Assembly (NCBI RefSeq): GCF_009914755.1
Contig: NC_060938.1
DNA: 64,000 nt
DNA from: the human T2T-CHM13v2.0 reference genome, Homo sapiens
Direction: 5' to 3' (one strand)
The translations under genes were made by a program, and so were the position numbers. Below, piece by piece: positions 1 through 12,532 of this stretch (position 1 is the stretch's first letter; every line of letters starts with the position of its first letter). The notes below the pieces were generated by a model that was not told where the DNA came from, did not search any database, and was given only the letters and a program-made list of their open reading frames with translations.

Positions 1-234
1 CTAGATACTAGATCCCACCTTTCTATTTACCATGGCTCAAGCAAGTATCATTTTATAAAAAGAAAATAGCATTCCATTGTGTTCAATGTTAGAAAATTAT
101 GTTCAATGTAGGCTTTAAACTTAATAACTGCAAAACTTCCCTGAGTTATTCTCTAACTTTGATTATTACTATAGGATACAATTCCAGAAACTACAAAGCA
201 TCTCATAGAGTAATATTTTCTATCTGTGTACCAA

Positions 235-380
235 TTCATCTCATTTGATCTCAACAACTATCCTATAAGAAGGTATTAATGGCCTCATTTTATAGACAAA
301 AAATGACAGGCTCATAAATATTTTGATCAGAATATTAGTAGTAGACAGTGAAATAGAATGTTGGTTTCTTCCATTGGAAT
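235..380 (-). mobile_element. MIR SINE fragment
   Basis: tcatttgatctcaacaactatcctataag...cctcattttatagac resembles the reverse complement of the MIR core. Confidence 0.55.
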
Positions 381-388
381 AAGCTAGA

Positions 389-745
389 TGATACAGTTTA
401 GATATTTGTTCCCCCAATTTCATGTTGAAATGTAATCCCCAAAGTTGGAGGTCAGATCTGGTGGTAGGTGTTTGGTTCAGGGGTTGGGTCCCTCATGGCT
501 TGGTGCTGTCCTCACAATAGTGAGTGAGTTATCCCCAACCCCACCTCTCCTGCTCCTGCCCTGGCTATGTGATGTGCCTGCGCCCACTCCATCATGACGG
601 AAAACTCTCTGAGGTTTCCCCAGAAGCTGAGAAAATGCCAGAGCCATGCTTGCACAGCCTGCAGAACTGTGAGCCAATTAAGCCTCTTTATAAATTATCT
701 CATCTCAAGTATTTCTTTATAGCAACGCAAGAATGGCCTAATACA
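389..745 (+). mobile_element. MST (MSTB-like) MaLR solo LTR
   Basis: TG start tgatacagtttagatatttg, end ...gcctaataca; 5-bp TSD ctaga/ctagg. Confidence 0.9.
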
Positions 746-749
746 CTAG

Positions 750-1090
750 GCAAAGCTGTGGAAAAACCAATCCCAAATCCTAGTGGTTTGAATGAGCAAG
801 GTTTACTTCTTCTTTATGTGGATTGACTGGGGTTCTGTCTAACATCATTGTCTTCTTCACATTGGCACCAAGACTAAAAGAGTAGCCACAACCTAGAAAA
901 TTGCAGTGTGCTGTTGCAGGAAAGAGCTCTTTGAGGAACCTCCCATGGAAATTAGATGCTCTAGCCCAGAGAAGAAATACATCCTGTCCACTCCCAATCC
1001 ATTACGCAGGACTAGATAGACATGGAGCTCTACCAACCGCAATGTGACCAGGAAATATAAATCTACCATGTGCCCAAGAGAATAACACAC
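750..1090 (-). mobile_element. Old MLT1 (J/K-like) MaLR LTR fragment
   Basis: cccaaatcctagtggtttga...; ccattacgcaggactag...gaaatataaatctaccatgtgcccaagag. Confidence 0.55.
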
Positions 1091-1464
1091 TGGAATTCTA
1101 TTTCCCAGTCCTCTGTTCTTTTCAGAACCGCCTCTCAATTATTTTTATGGGATCTAAAGTAGCATCTAACCAGGGCAATTTAGAGGGGTCTTTAATAAAT
1201 GTGAGATGCACATTCTGGAAAAGACAGTGTGATAAAAGTAGGTAGAGGATAAGAGTGTGACCCCTAGAGTCAAACTAGGGCTTTCATGTGCAATTTTGTA
1301 TTTTGTGCACTGCACAAGGGCTTCAGACCTGAGTCAGACAACCTACCTTCTTCGCTCCCTAGCTGCGTTTATTTAACTTAGTTCAGAGGCTTGCTGGGAA
1401 GACTAAATGAGACAAGGCATGCCGGGTGTTTTTCACAGTTTATAGTAGGTACTTAATAAAATTA

Positions 1465-1700
1465 GTGGTTAATATTATTAAACACATTTGTTTTCACTTC
1501 TTCATCCCTATTAAATAAATAATTCTTTGAACTTTGTATCATTTCCTGAGGTTGGGCTGCTGGAAGTGGAATAACTAGACCAAAGTTAGTGAACCTTTTG
1601 AGATCTTGAGTTTTATTTGCTTTTAGGAATAGCCATACCAATGTACATTCCCGCCAACAGTGCATGAGATGACCCATCACACTATGTCCCCAACACCTTC
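1465..1700 (-). mobile_element. Old L1M fragment
   Basis: ggaagtggaataactaga...ccaatgtacattcccgccaacagtgcatgaga matches the antisense L1 ORF2 3' region. Confidence 0.6.
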
Positions 1701-3651
1701 TTTGGGATTTCAAGCACCTTCACTAGGTGCCAGCCTCCTGTGATTTTCCAAATCCCACCATTAGAGGCATTAAAGCTTCTATCTTCTGAGGACAAATATT
1801 TCATTTGAAGGGATACGATGTCAGTGTTCATATGCTCCCTAGTACATTGGAATAGAGGAGTTAACAAATCAGCTAATACACAGCTAATCACTGGGAATAC
1901 AACATAGACAGCCACATTGTTTGTGGTGGCATAGAGAACTGTAAACATTTCTAGGCAGAGGAAAGAGCACTGACACAGAAGGAATTAATTGAAGACTTTA
2001 GCAACAAGCAATTACTTAAAGATTTAAGTACAAGATAGCCAGAAGCACAACAGAAATTTACCTCCTTCAGATATGTTCCTATGGTTTATTGGGCCCCTAA
2101 AACTGGAAAAGAATAAACTTGAAGGTCTATGTGTGATCTTACGATCTGTGGGCACACAGAAGAGAGAGCTGGCTTGCTCACTGTCAAACATATAGGTAAT
2201 GAAAAAATACAAAAATAGAAACCTCAGTACAATGCTGTCTCTTCCATTTGCATTTTACTTTATTTGTTGAGCCATCAGTTCCAAAGATTTTGACACAAAA
2301 ACTCTTTAAAGCAAAATACCTGTATAAAAGCACAGATTTAGACTAACTTCATGGACCCAGAGTAAAGTGTCAATGTTTTCCTTGGAGGTAAAAATCTAAG
2401 GGAATCAATGCTACTATGAGAGGGAGAGGTTATTTTCAAAGTACCTTGATAAAATGTTTTCCACCTTTGCAAGCAGAGCACCTGCTGAAATCAGGTGGGC
2501 ATATTAGAGGATCACTGCAGAGAAGAAATGCATTATCTTTTGGAAGGCTGTGCTCAAATCTGTTCAATATAATTATTTTTTCTCCTCATTTCCCTTTGTT
2601 GAAGAAACATTCCTGGTGCCCTTTTCCACCATGTTAAAATAAAGCTTTTATTTTATCCTCTGAGGAAGCAAGCTCAAGTGCAAATGTTCCTTCAGGTCAC
2701 TTGTCTAAGCCTACTCTATTTAAACAGCTGTATTTCAAATGATAGAAGCACCAAGTCTCTTGCCTTGTTAGCTGTAAGCCTTATGATGAGCAAGTCCCCA
2801 AATGCCATTACGCTTCATACTTACTACTGCACACCAGCAAAAGAAAATCCCTAGGAAGTTATCTGTGTTGCAGTGGTTTAAAATGTTTCCCTATTTGTGT
2901 TCAACAACCGTAATCATTCAGATAAATGCCTGAGCTCCCAGCACTTTTCCTGCTATAAATGTTTTATTCTAGAATACTCTATTACTGGTAATGCCACCTC
3001 CAACACACTCATGTACATATAACCACTGAAATATTTCAAGGACTAAAGTTCTAAAAACCCTTTCCCTGAGTCATACTTTTAAACCTTATATTTTCATGGG
3101 GAGTGGGTTCTAAATGTAAACCTGTTTCTCTGTTTGGATTCTGAGATATCATGTACATTTATTAGCCCATCTGCTTCCAAGAATGGCATCCGGGGAGCCT
3201 CAGAGCATTAAGTCTATGCCCTGAGTCATTCACAGAAGGGGAGCAGAGATGTCAGAGCTGGAAAAATTGTAGATCATAACAAGTGTGTTGATATTTCTTA
3301 AAAATTAGTTTATGTTAGTCAACTACTGTTGGGTTTTTAAAATCTGCTCCAGCTGTTCACAAATCTGGGAAGTCAAGAGATGAAGAGCTAGAACATGGAA
3401 GGCAAAGAGTCAAAGGAAAAAGGCTTTGCAAATTCAACCGTGAGAGTCTACAGTTGTGGGAGGAAGTACACCCACAGTGGTGGTGGAAATGGGGAAATTC
3501 TCAAGAAGCTTTTAACATTTAAACACTTCGCTAAATTCAAGAGCTTATTAAATATAAAATCATTCTGCCCAAGATGTGCAAAGGATGGCATTAATACAAG
3601 CTCCCAATAGGGATACTGAGATGAACAGTTAAACATTTTACATTAAAGATC

Positions 3652-3900
<249 letters not shown>

Positions 3901-3988
3901 TCTCCTCCTCCTCCTCCTCCTCCTCCTTCTCCTTCTTCTTCTACTTCTTTTCCTCCTCCTCTTCCTCTTCCTCTCTTTCTTCTTCTTT
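3901..3988. repeat. (TCC/TTC)n pyrimidine microsatellite
   Basis: tctcctcctcctcc...ttcttctt read directly. Confidence 0.95.
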
Positions 3989-5747
3989 GGAGAAATGGAA
4001 TATGCTTTTGAAAACAAAACTTCAGGGCTTAGAAACCACCATCTTGGCTTCCAGTACAGTGAGTAACAGGGGGGCAAATAATGGTGAACTTCTTTATGAA
4101 CCTTCTTTCAACTGGGCTCACCTATGAGAATTTGCAAAACACTAACCAGGTAGCTACTGAGTAAAGAGTAAAGACAATAAATGTATTAAAAATACATCTA
4201 TGAGAGTCTGGGCCCATTGAAAAGTAAAAATTTTAATTAGAAAAGATATTTGGGCTTTATATAAAATATAGATACAAACGTGTACCCAGGTGCACACACA
4301 GAACACCTGATTGTCATGTGAAACAAAACTTTATTTTCTTCCAAGTAGATTCTGAAATTTTGTTGAAATAAACATAGATTTAAATCTATTTCTTGCTGCT
4401 TTGTTTTCTGGTCACCATGACCATAAAGCTATGTGAGTCTGTTGAAACATATTGCAGATTTTGTTTTGTTTTGTTTTGTTTTCTTTTCTTTTCTTTTCTT
4501 TCCTTTTCTTTTCTTTTGTTTTCTATCTCCCAGAAATAAGTCCATCTTAAGTGCCCAGGGATGGAATATGGTTAAAGCAGTAGCTTGGTTTAGCTACTCA
4601 GAAGTGACTGTTCTTACCTGTCTTAATCACTTTTCCAGTATAAAATGGCCACGGCAAGTCCTTTATCTAATTTCCAGGCAATTACTTGGTATTTGCCTTT
4701 AATATCTTCGGGCTCCACTATCCTCCCTTTATGAAACCTTCATATATCAACCCAGCTGCCAGTGGTCCTTTCTTCAGATGTCTAAAAGCCTCTCATGACA
4801 CTTATTTACTACATGTCCAATTTATGTCCCCAGTTTTTTCTTAAATACATTGTTATTTTCCCGAAGTCAATGTCCTTCTCTCCCCCACCCCCTCTCTCTC
4901 TTTCCCATATATATATGTATATATGGTAGAATTGGAAAATCTATTGGGTGCTAAAGATTACTAGCACATATTAGATTCTCATAAAACAAAAATACTTAAA
5001 ATTACAAATGAACAATCCAAGGCATTAAATTCTCAGTAATTGGTTCTTCTACTTCCACTTTCATTTTGGTATTACTATTTTTTGACTCAGTGAATGTTTC
5101 AAAGTTGGGCCAAAATGTATTATTAAAAGTCACCTTATTGGCAAATATTCTAAAGTAATTATAAGTGATTGTACAGTCAAAAAAAAAAAACATGTTGGAG
5201 AAGAAAAATAGATCTTCCTTGCCTACAGGAACAAAGCCAGGATTACAGGAATCTGGCGTGTTTGCCTTGTATGAAAGCCATTGGCTATGAGGAAATTGGA
5301 TTTTCCACATGAGGCAGGGTAGGGAGCTGTATTTTTTCCTTAAGGTGAGTGTTAGTTGCCAGGACTTTCTCATGACATGGAACAAAAACCAGGAGCAAAA
5401 AAGACCCAAGGAGAGAAAAAAGTCTTCATCTTGACAAGCTTGGCTAAGAGTATTGTTCCTGCTTTTTGGAATATTTATAGAGAAAAAGGATGACTATGGC
5501 CTTGTCTTTGTTTACATTTTCTGAAGTCAGAAAGTCATATCACTACATATCGATAATGGAGGGCCTGGACTCACAAGGTACAGTTCAGGCATGAGCTAAG
5601 GATCTAAATATTGGATTTGGGCAGCATTGAGTCAGCAGCAAGATGAAAACACCAGGACTGGAAAGAACAAGGATCAAGGTTAAGAGTGGTGAACTTTGAG
5701 ACCAATTGTCTTCAGATTTACTTGAAGTCTCCTCCATCTATTTTGAA

Positions 5748-5811
5748 GCATCTGACCCATGACTACCAGGACATAGTCCGCATCTGACCCATGACTACCA
5801 GGACATAGTCC
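5748..5811. repeat. Perfect 32-bp tandem duplication
   Basis: gcatctgacccatgactaccaggacatagtcc twice (5748-5779, 5780-5811). Confidence 0.97.
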
Positions 5812-5940
5812 GCCCGCCCGCCTGCCTGCCTGCCTGCCTGCCTGCCTCTCTTCCTTTTTTCCTCCCTCGTCCTCTTCCTTCTTTTCTTCTTTCCTTCATT
5901 GCTTCCCTCTTTCCTTTCTTTCTTCCTTCTTACTTTCTTC
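5812..5940. repeat. (GCCC/GCCT)n running into a TTCC/TTTC polypyrimidine tract
   Basis: direct reading. Confidence 0.9.
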
Positions 5941-6029
5941 CCATATATATTGTCATGCATTCTGCTGCTACTAGGACTATGAAGAAAAATAAGCCAGGTA
6001 CTCTGTCCTAAAGGGTTTCTTATGCTAGC

Positions 6030-6175
6030 TAGATCCACGTGTTTCAAATTTTAACATCTATAGGCATGATCTGGGGATCTCATTAAAGTGAAGAGTCAAC
6101 AGCCCTGGGCTGAGTCTGAGAATCTGCATTTCTAACAGTCTCCCAGTCTGCACGTCCACAGACCACACTCTTAGA
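6030..6175. mobile_element. MER5-like hAT-Charlie fragment
   Basis: ctggggatctcattaaa...ctgagaatctgcatttctaacag...agaccacact. Confidence 0.7.
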
Positions 6176-7222
6176 TACAAACCTCTTGTTGGATTATTTG
6201 AACCTGTATTGGTGGTGTCTGAAAATTACAGGACATGGACTACATCCTCAACTACAGTTTTGCACTTGATCCCCAGGTAACCTAAAAAAAAAAAATTAGC
6301 AGATTACCACCCCCTTTTGCTAAGAAAATATCACAAAACACTGCCTACCAAGGCAAGTGGATGGGTGTCATCATCGTAATAAGCAAAGAAGAAATCATTT
6401 GTAGAAGTAGCAAAAGGATTATGAAGCCGTAGAAAAAAGTTAGGGATTTTTAAATAAACAGGAATACTTTGAACTGGATTCAGACATTAGTAAAGTTTCA
6501 ATAATCGGCATCATTTTATCAGATATCTTGACCATTCTCTTTATGCACAGCATTTTTTTAAAAGTGCAGAAGATCATAGGACAATATATGGTGCTAAACT
6601 TGTTTGATTACACTTCCCAGGTGTTGCTGGGTCCAATTACCCTGGTGCTAAAATATCCTCTAATTGGGTGTGAAACACACATCAGAGTTAATTACACTGT
6701 ACACCACTATATAGGCTTGAAATAATTAAGAACGTTTTCATTTCTCAACTGGCCTAGAATAAAAAGTACATGAAATTCAAGTTTCAATCCTTAGAGATTT
6801 CTTTGAAACTCATGAGATCATCTAAATATGAACTTATGTAAATTTCTAACCCTAGAAACTTTTTGAGACCATAAGCCTCTTATCCTAACCTAGATACTTT
6901 GTACAAATGTATAGCTAACTGTGTTTCATAAGGAGCATGTGCCCTTTGAAACTTGTGAAACCAAATTATCATGCGAAAAAAAATTATATTAGTCACTTAA
7001 AAGTACTGGTCATTTAAAAGTACTCCTTTGGGAACTCACCCTCATAATAAATATTGGATTATCAAGGCCAATTGCATTACAGAATATTGGTTATATAACG
7101 CATGAACAGTATTGCGAGAGTTGGAAGATTACAGCTATAATGACAATCAAATCTAGAAAGAAAATCATGGAAATAGATTAGAGTGGAAATTATCTATTAC
7201 AAGAAGATCTAGGCAACCCGTT

Positions 7223-9791
7223 TGACACAGTTTGGATATTTGCCCTATCCAAATCTCTTGTTGAAATGTGATCCTACATGTTGGAGGTGGGGCCTAGGGG
7301 GAGGTATTTCGATCAGAGGAGTGGATCCCTCATGAAGTGCTTGGTGCCATCCCCATGGTAACAGTGAGTTTTGCTCTGTTAGTTCATGTTGAGAGCTGGT
7401 TGTGTAAAAGAGCCTGGCATCTCTCCCACTTCCACTTTCACCATGTGACACGCCTGCTATCCCTTTGCCTTTTGCCGTCAGTAAAAGCTTCCTGATATTC
7501 CCATACATATTGTCATGCATTCTCCTGCTACTAGGACTGTGAATAAAAATAATCCAGGTACTCTGTCCTGGAATGTCTTGTTGGATTATTTGAACCTGTA
7601 GTTGGTACTTGGCCTACCAAAAGCCAAGTAGATGCTGTCTCTTACTAGTACCACCTGCAGAACTGTGAGCCTAACAAACCTCTTTTCCTTATAAATTGTG
7701 CAGTCTCAGATATTCCTTTATAGCAATGCACTACAGACTAATACAGAAAATTGATATCAAGGAGTCGGGAAATTCTATAAAGATACCTGAAAATGTGAAA
7801 ATGGCTTTGGAACTGGGTAATGGGCAGGGGTTAGAAGACTTTGGAGTGCTTAGGGAAAGACAGGAAGATGAGGGAATGTTTGGAACTTCTTAGAGACTGG
7901 TTTAATGGTTGTGATCAAGATGCTGACAGAAATATGGACAGTGAAGGCCAGGCTGATGAGATCTCAAATGGCAATGAGGAACTTATTGGGAAAGGGAACA
8001 AAGGTTACCCTGTTTATGCCAAATCAAAGAACTTGGCTGCATTGTGTCCATGCCCTAAGACTTTGTGGAAGGCTGAATTTAAGGATGATGACCTAGGTTA
8101 TCTGGGAAAAAAAATTCTAAGCAGCAAAGCATTCAAGAGGTGATGTGGCTTCTTCTAACAACCTACAATCAGATATGGGAGCAAAGGAAATACTTAAAGT
8201 TGGAACTTGTAATTAAAACAGAAGCAGAGTATAAAAAAATTTGACGCCTGGAAATGTGATACAGAAGAAAAGAACATTTTCAGAAGAGGAATCCAAGAGG
8301 CCTGCAGAGCAACCACTTTGCTAGAGAGATTAGCATGACTGAATGAGAGCCAGGTGCTGAAACTCAAGACTGCAAGCAGAAGGTCACAAAGGCATTTCAG
8401 AAATCTTAGAGACAGTGCCTCCCACTACAGGCCCTAAAGCCTAGGAGGAAGGAATAGTTTCAGGGGCCTTGGAAACAGTCCTAGCCCAGGACCCCACTTC
8501 CCTGCTTAGCCTCAGATGCTGCTTGTCACATCCGGACCTCTATGGCTCTGACCAGCTATCAAAAGGGCCCAAGTACATCTCAGGCCACTGCTCCAGAAGG
8601 TGCAAGCTTTAGGACTTGGTGGTTTTCATGTGCTAGTTTAAGTCTGCAGGCATAAAAATGCAAGGGCGAAGGAGATTTGGCAGCTTCCACCTAGATCTCA
8701 GAGGATAAATGCTGAAAGTCTGGGTACCCGGGGAGAAGCCTGCCACAGGACTGGAGCACCCACATAGAGCCTCTACTAGGCCAACGCCAAAAGGGAATGT
8801 GGGGTTTAAGCCCCCACACAGAGTCTCCGTTGGGGCACTGCCTAGTGGAGCTGTGGAAATCAAGTCACTGCCCTACATACATGAGGATGGTAGAGCATCC
8901 TCAGCTTTGAAAAGGTTGCAGGCATTTGACTCTAGCCCTTGATGGTAGTAGCTACATGGGCTGCACCCAGAAAAGCCATGGGAGTGGAGCTGTCCAAGGC
9001 TTCGGGGATCCACCCCTTGCACCAGTGTGCTTTGTATGCAAGAAATGGAGTCAAGGGTTGTTTTGGAGATTAAAGGGTTAACATCTGCTCTGCTGGGTTT
9101 CAGACTTGCGGGGGCTTGTTGCCCCTTTCTTTTGACTACCGATTTCTCCCCTTTAGAATGGAAATGTTTACCCAATGACTGTACTACCATTGTAACTTGG
9201 GAGTAAATAACTAGTTTTTGATCTTACAGGCTCATAGGTCAAAGGAAATTGCCTTGAGTCTCAGATGAGACTTAAGACATTTGAGCTGATACAGAATGAG
9301 TTGAGACTTTTGGAGGCCTATTGGGAAGGTATGATTGTATTTTGCAATGTAAGAAAGAGATAAAATTTGGGGGCATCTAGGGGCAGAATGATATGCTTTG
9401 AATATTTGTCTTTTGCAAATGTCATGAAATGTGATCCCCAGTGTTGGAGGTGGGACCTAGTGAAAGGTGTTTGGGTCATGGGAGCAGATCTCTCATGAAG
9501 GGTTTGGTGCCAACCCCATGGGAATGCTTAAGTTCCAATTCTATTAGCTCACGTGAGAGCTGGTTGTTTAAAACAGCCTGGCATCCGTCTTGCCTCCTCT
9601 CTCACCATGTGACACATCTGCTCCCCCTTTGCCTTCTGCCATGAGTAAAAGCTTCCTGAGGCCTAGCCAGAAGCTGAACAGATGCTGGTGCCATGCTTGT
9701 ATAGCCTCCAGAAGCAAGACAAAACTTTTTTCTTTATAAATTACTCTGTCTCAAGTATTTCTTTATATCAACACAACATGGGCTAATTAGA
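7223..9791 (+). mobile_element. Full-length MST (MSTB-like) MaLR element: 5' LTR 7223-7745, internal 7746-9388, 3' LTR 9389-~9791
   Basis: Two similar LTRs; internal region starts gaaaattgatatcaaggag...aaagatacctgaaaatgtg; purine tract ggggcagaa before the 3' LTR; internal ORF is broken. Confidence 0.92.
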
Positions 9792-9809
9792 GCAAAATCA
9801 ATAGACATG

Positions 9810-10220
9810 CTCCTTGATATCACTTACATGTGGCATCTAAGGTTAAATTCATACAAGTAAAGAGTAGAAAAATGGTTACCAGAGGCTGGGGCAGGGGGAG
9901 GGAGTGAATGAGGAGTTGCTGGTCAAAGGATACAAAGTTTCACTTATACACAAGGAATACATTTTGAGATCTGTTTTACAGCAGGGTGACTGTAGTCAAT
10001 AAAATGTGTTGTAAATTTTAAAATAACTGAGAGTAAATTCCAAATGTCTCATCACAGAAAAAAGATAAGTAAACAAGACAAAAAATATATTAATTGGCTT
10101 GATTTAATCATTGTATATTGTATACATATACCAAAGCATCACACTGTACCCCATAAATGAATATAATTGTGGTTTGTCAATTTAAAAAGCATAATTTTAA
10201 AATAAAAAATAAATAAAAAG
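9810..10220 (+). mobile_element. L1MA/MB-type 3' end with A-rich tail
   Basis: tcacttacatgtggcatctaa...ggttaccagaggctggg...acactgtaccccataaat...aataaaaaataaataaaa. Confidence 0.8.
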
Positions 10221-11629
10221 AAAAACATGCTCTTTACTATACTTGTGTTACTTAACCTAATATATAAACATATATAGAATATATATTTATATATAAATAT
10301 AGTAATCATAAAAAAATTTAAATTCGCTTTGGTTGATAATCTTCTGAAAAGGCACACAGATGCAGAAAGATGGAAATGAGTTAGTTTGGCAGCAACTAAT
10401 TTTCCAATGCCTCTTGATCTATTGTCCTGGAAGCTTGTGGCAGTGTTGACAGTTCCCTTGCTGGATTATCTCCTGGCATCTGTGGACTGACCCGTGTTAT
10501 CTGCCATGTTTTTCCTATTGTGACTGGCTCTCTGGTTACTAGCTGACTCGCCATGTTATCATGGGTTTTTTCTTCGATTACACTCTACCTCCCTAGACTT
10601 TATCTACCATCTGATGCTGTCCTCCTCTCCTACTATACCAATAGTTCATGCTCCTTTGAGCCAACACTTTCTGGTAGTATTCATCCAAAGCATGGCAATG
10701 CTTAGCAAATATTAAATCTTAATAACTCATCTCAAACTATGGTATACTCTACAGCAGTTATAAAGAGCACAAGATATTTTTAGATTCTTCTGCCTGTTAA
10801 ATTATTTCAGAGCTCAGGATTTTTTGATAAGAATTTGTTTAACTTATCTTGTCTACCCAGAATAATTTGATTAATCCCAAATCTCTGAGTGACACATTTT
10901 TTACCAAGCAGCATTAGAATCTGATTTTCAGCAGTTTTTCTATATCATTTCAATGAACCAGTTCAATAACCTGAACCAAAAACGAACAAAAAAAAAACTT
11001 AAAGTAACAAATACTCATGAATTTTTAAACTTTTATTTGTCTTTGCACATCACTGTCATACAAGGAAACAGTGAGTATTTTCAAGAGGCATACTATGTTT
11101 GATATATAGATTCTTTACTCAATAGCTGTAACAATGTAAACTATTATCAAAAATTAATATTATCTGTACTTTGCCCAGTTTGTAGGTAAATGCTAAAGAA
11201 TTTGAATATTTGCTGACTTTTTCCTTGTTATTCTTGCAAATCCCATCAACTCCCACCACTTATTTGTATTTCACTTTGGCTTCTTTAAGAAGATAAGTAG
11301 GGGGCAACGGGGGAATTTGCTGTGATACCCTCATTCATCTTGAAAGCCAGATAACTAAGTTCTTACAAAGCAAGAGTAAATGACACTGTCTACATTGACT
11401 TTAACCTTATGAAAATTACAAAAATTTAAATATAGTTTTGGAATCACAATTAAAGTCACTTTTCCATGGTGACATTTATTCATTTTCATTTTACTTCATG
11501 CTGTAATCAGAATTCTTGAAATTTCTAACGTCAGGCTAATATAACATTTTCTATACAGAGAAAAGTCTATCTAAGTATTAAATAACTTTTAATTCCTTTT
11601 TACCTTTAATGCTCCTAGAACATATATTC

Positions 11630-12165
11630 TTTAGTTCATTCAACAAGCACTTGAGCATCTTCTACATGTCAGGTATTAGTGATACAATGCCAAGGAGACT
11701 CAAGACCTGTGCCACGTGAACTTATACTCTACTCAGTAGAGTTTACCAGATAAAACAAGAATTAATTGAACAACCACAATAATCCCATTCATATTTTATG
11801 ACAAACCATGCAATAATAGTTTAAATACTAGATTTATTTATAAATTTTGACTTAGTTTTTAGATTTAGATTTAGATCTACCAGATTTAACTTTAGATTTA
11901 GATTTATCAGATTTAGATTTAAACACCAGGTGTAGTCTGGAGATCAGGATTCCTTAATTAAGCGGACTTTGAATAAGAACTGAAAAAGAGAACTATTTAA
12001 TCAAGTTAAGGGGAAAACTTGCTGTTCAGACAAAAAAAAAAAAAAAAGTGATACGTCCAAGACCTCAGGATAGGAGGAAATGTATCACATTGAGGATCAC
12101 TGAGGAGGACAGAGTGACTGGAGCAAAGAAGGTGAGGGAGGCTGTGCTCTCAATGTGTTGATCCT
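11630..12165 (-). mobile_element. L2 3' fragments
   Basis: ttcattcaacaagcacttgagcatcttctacatgtcagg is the antisense L2 tail. Confidence 0.6.
11830..11922. repeat. Degenerate (TTTAGA)n hexamer repeat
   Basis: tttagatttagatttagat... Confidence 0.8.
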
Positions 12166-12167
12166 GT

Positions 12168-12532
12168 TGTATTAGTCCAGGCTCATGCTGCTGTGAAGAA
12201 ATACTTGAGACTGGGTAATTTATAAAGGAAAGAGGTTTAATTGACTCACAGGTACACACGGCTTGGGGGGCCCGCAGGAAACTTACAACCACGGCAGAAG
12301 GTACCTCTTCACAGGGTGGCAGGAGAGAGAAGTGAGTGCAAGCAGAGGAACTGCCAGATGCTTAATACAACCATCAGATCTCGTGAGACTCACTCACTAT
12401 CAAGAGAACAGCATGGGGGAATCTGCCCCCATGATTCAGTTCCCTCTACCTGGTCCCTCCCATGACACTTGGGGATTATGGGGATTATAATTCAAGAGGA
12501 GATTTGGGTGAGGACACAGCCAAACCATATCA
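12168..12532 (-). mobile_element. THE1 (THE1D-like) solo LTR
   Basis: tgtattagtcc...ccaaaccatatca; perfect TSD cctgt/cctgt. Confidence 0.93.

Noticed and set aside
5748-5811. CRISPR-like repeat of about 32 bp
   Set aside because: Two adjacent copies with no spacers, in eukaryotic DNA.
6008-6182. The donor segment skipped in the templated insertion is bounded by CT...AC, suggesting a spliced minus-strand RNA template
   Set aside because: Precise splicing would give ctctgtcctcttgttgg, but the copy has an extra ggaatg at the junction and no polyA or TSD. DNA template switching fits better.
7696-9190. ORFs in the MST internal region
   Set aside because: Broken remnants of the MaLR internal sequence.
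11830-11922. Interstitial telomere-like repeat
   Set aside because: The unit is TTTAGA, not TTAGGG; ordinary degenerate hexamer repeat.
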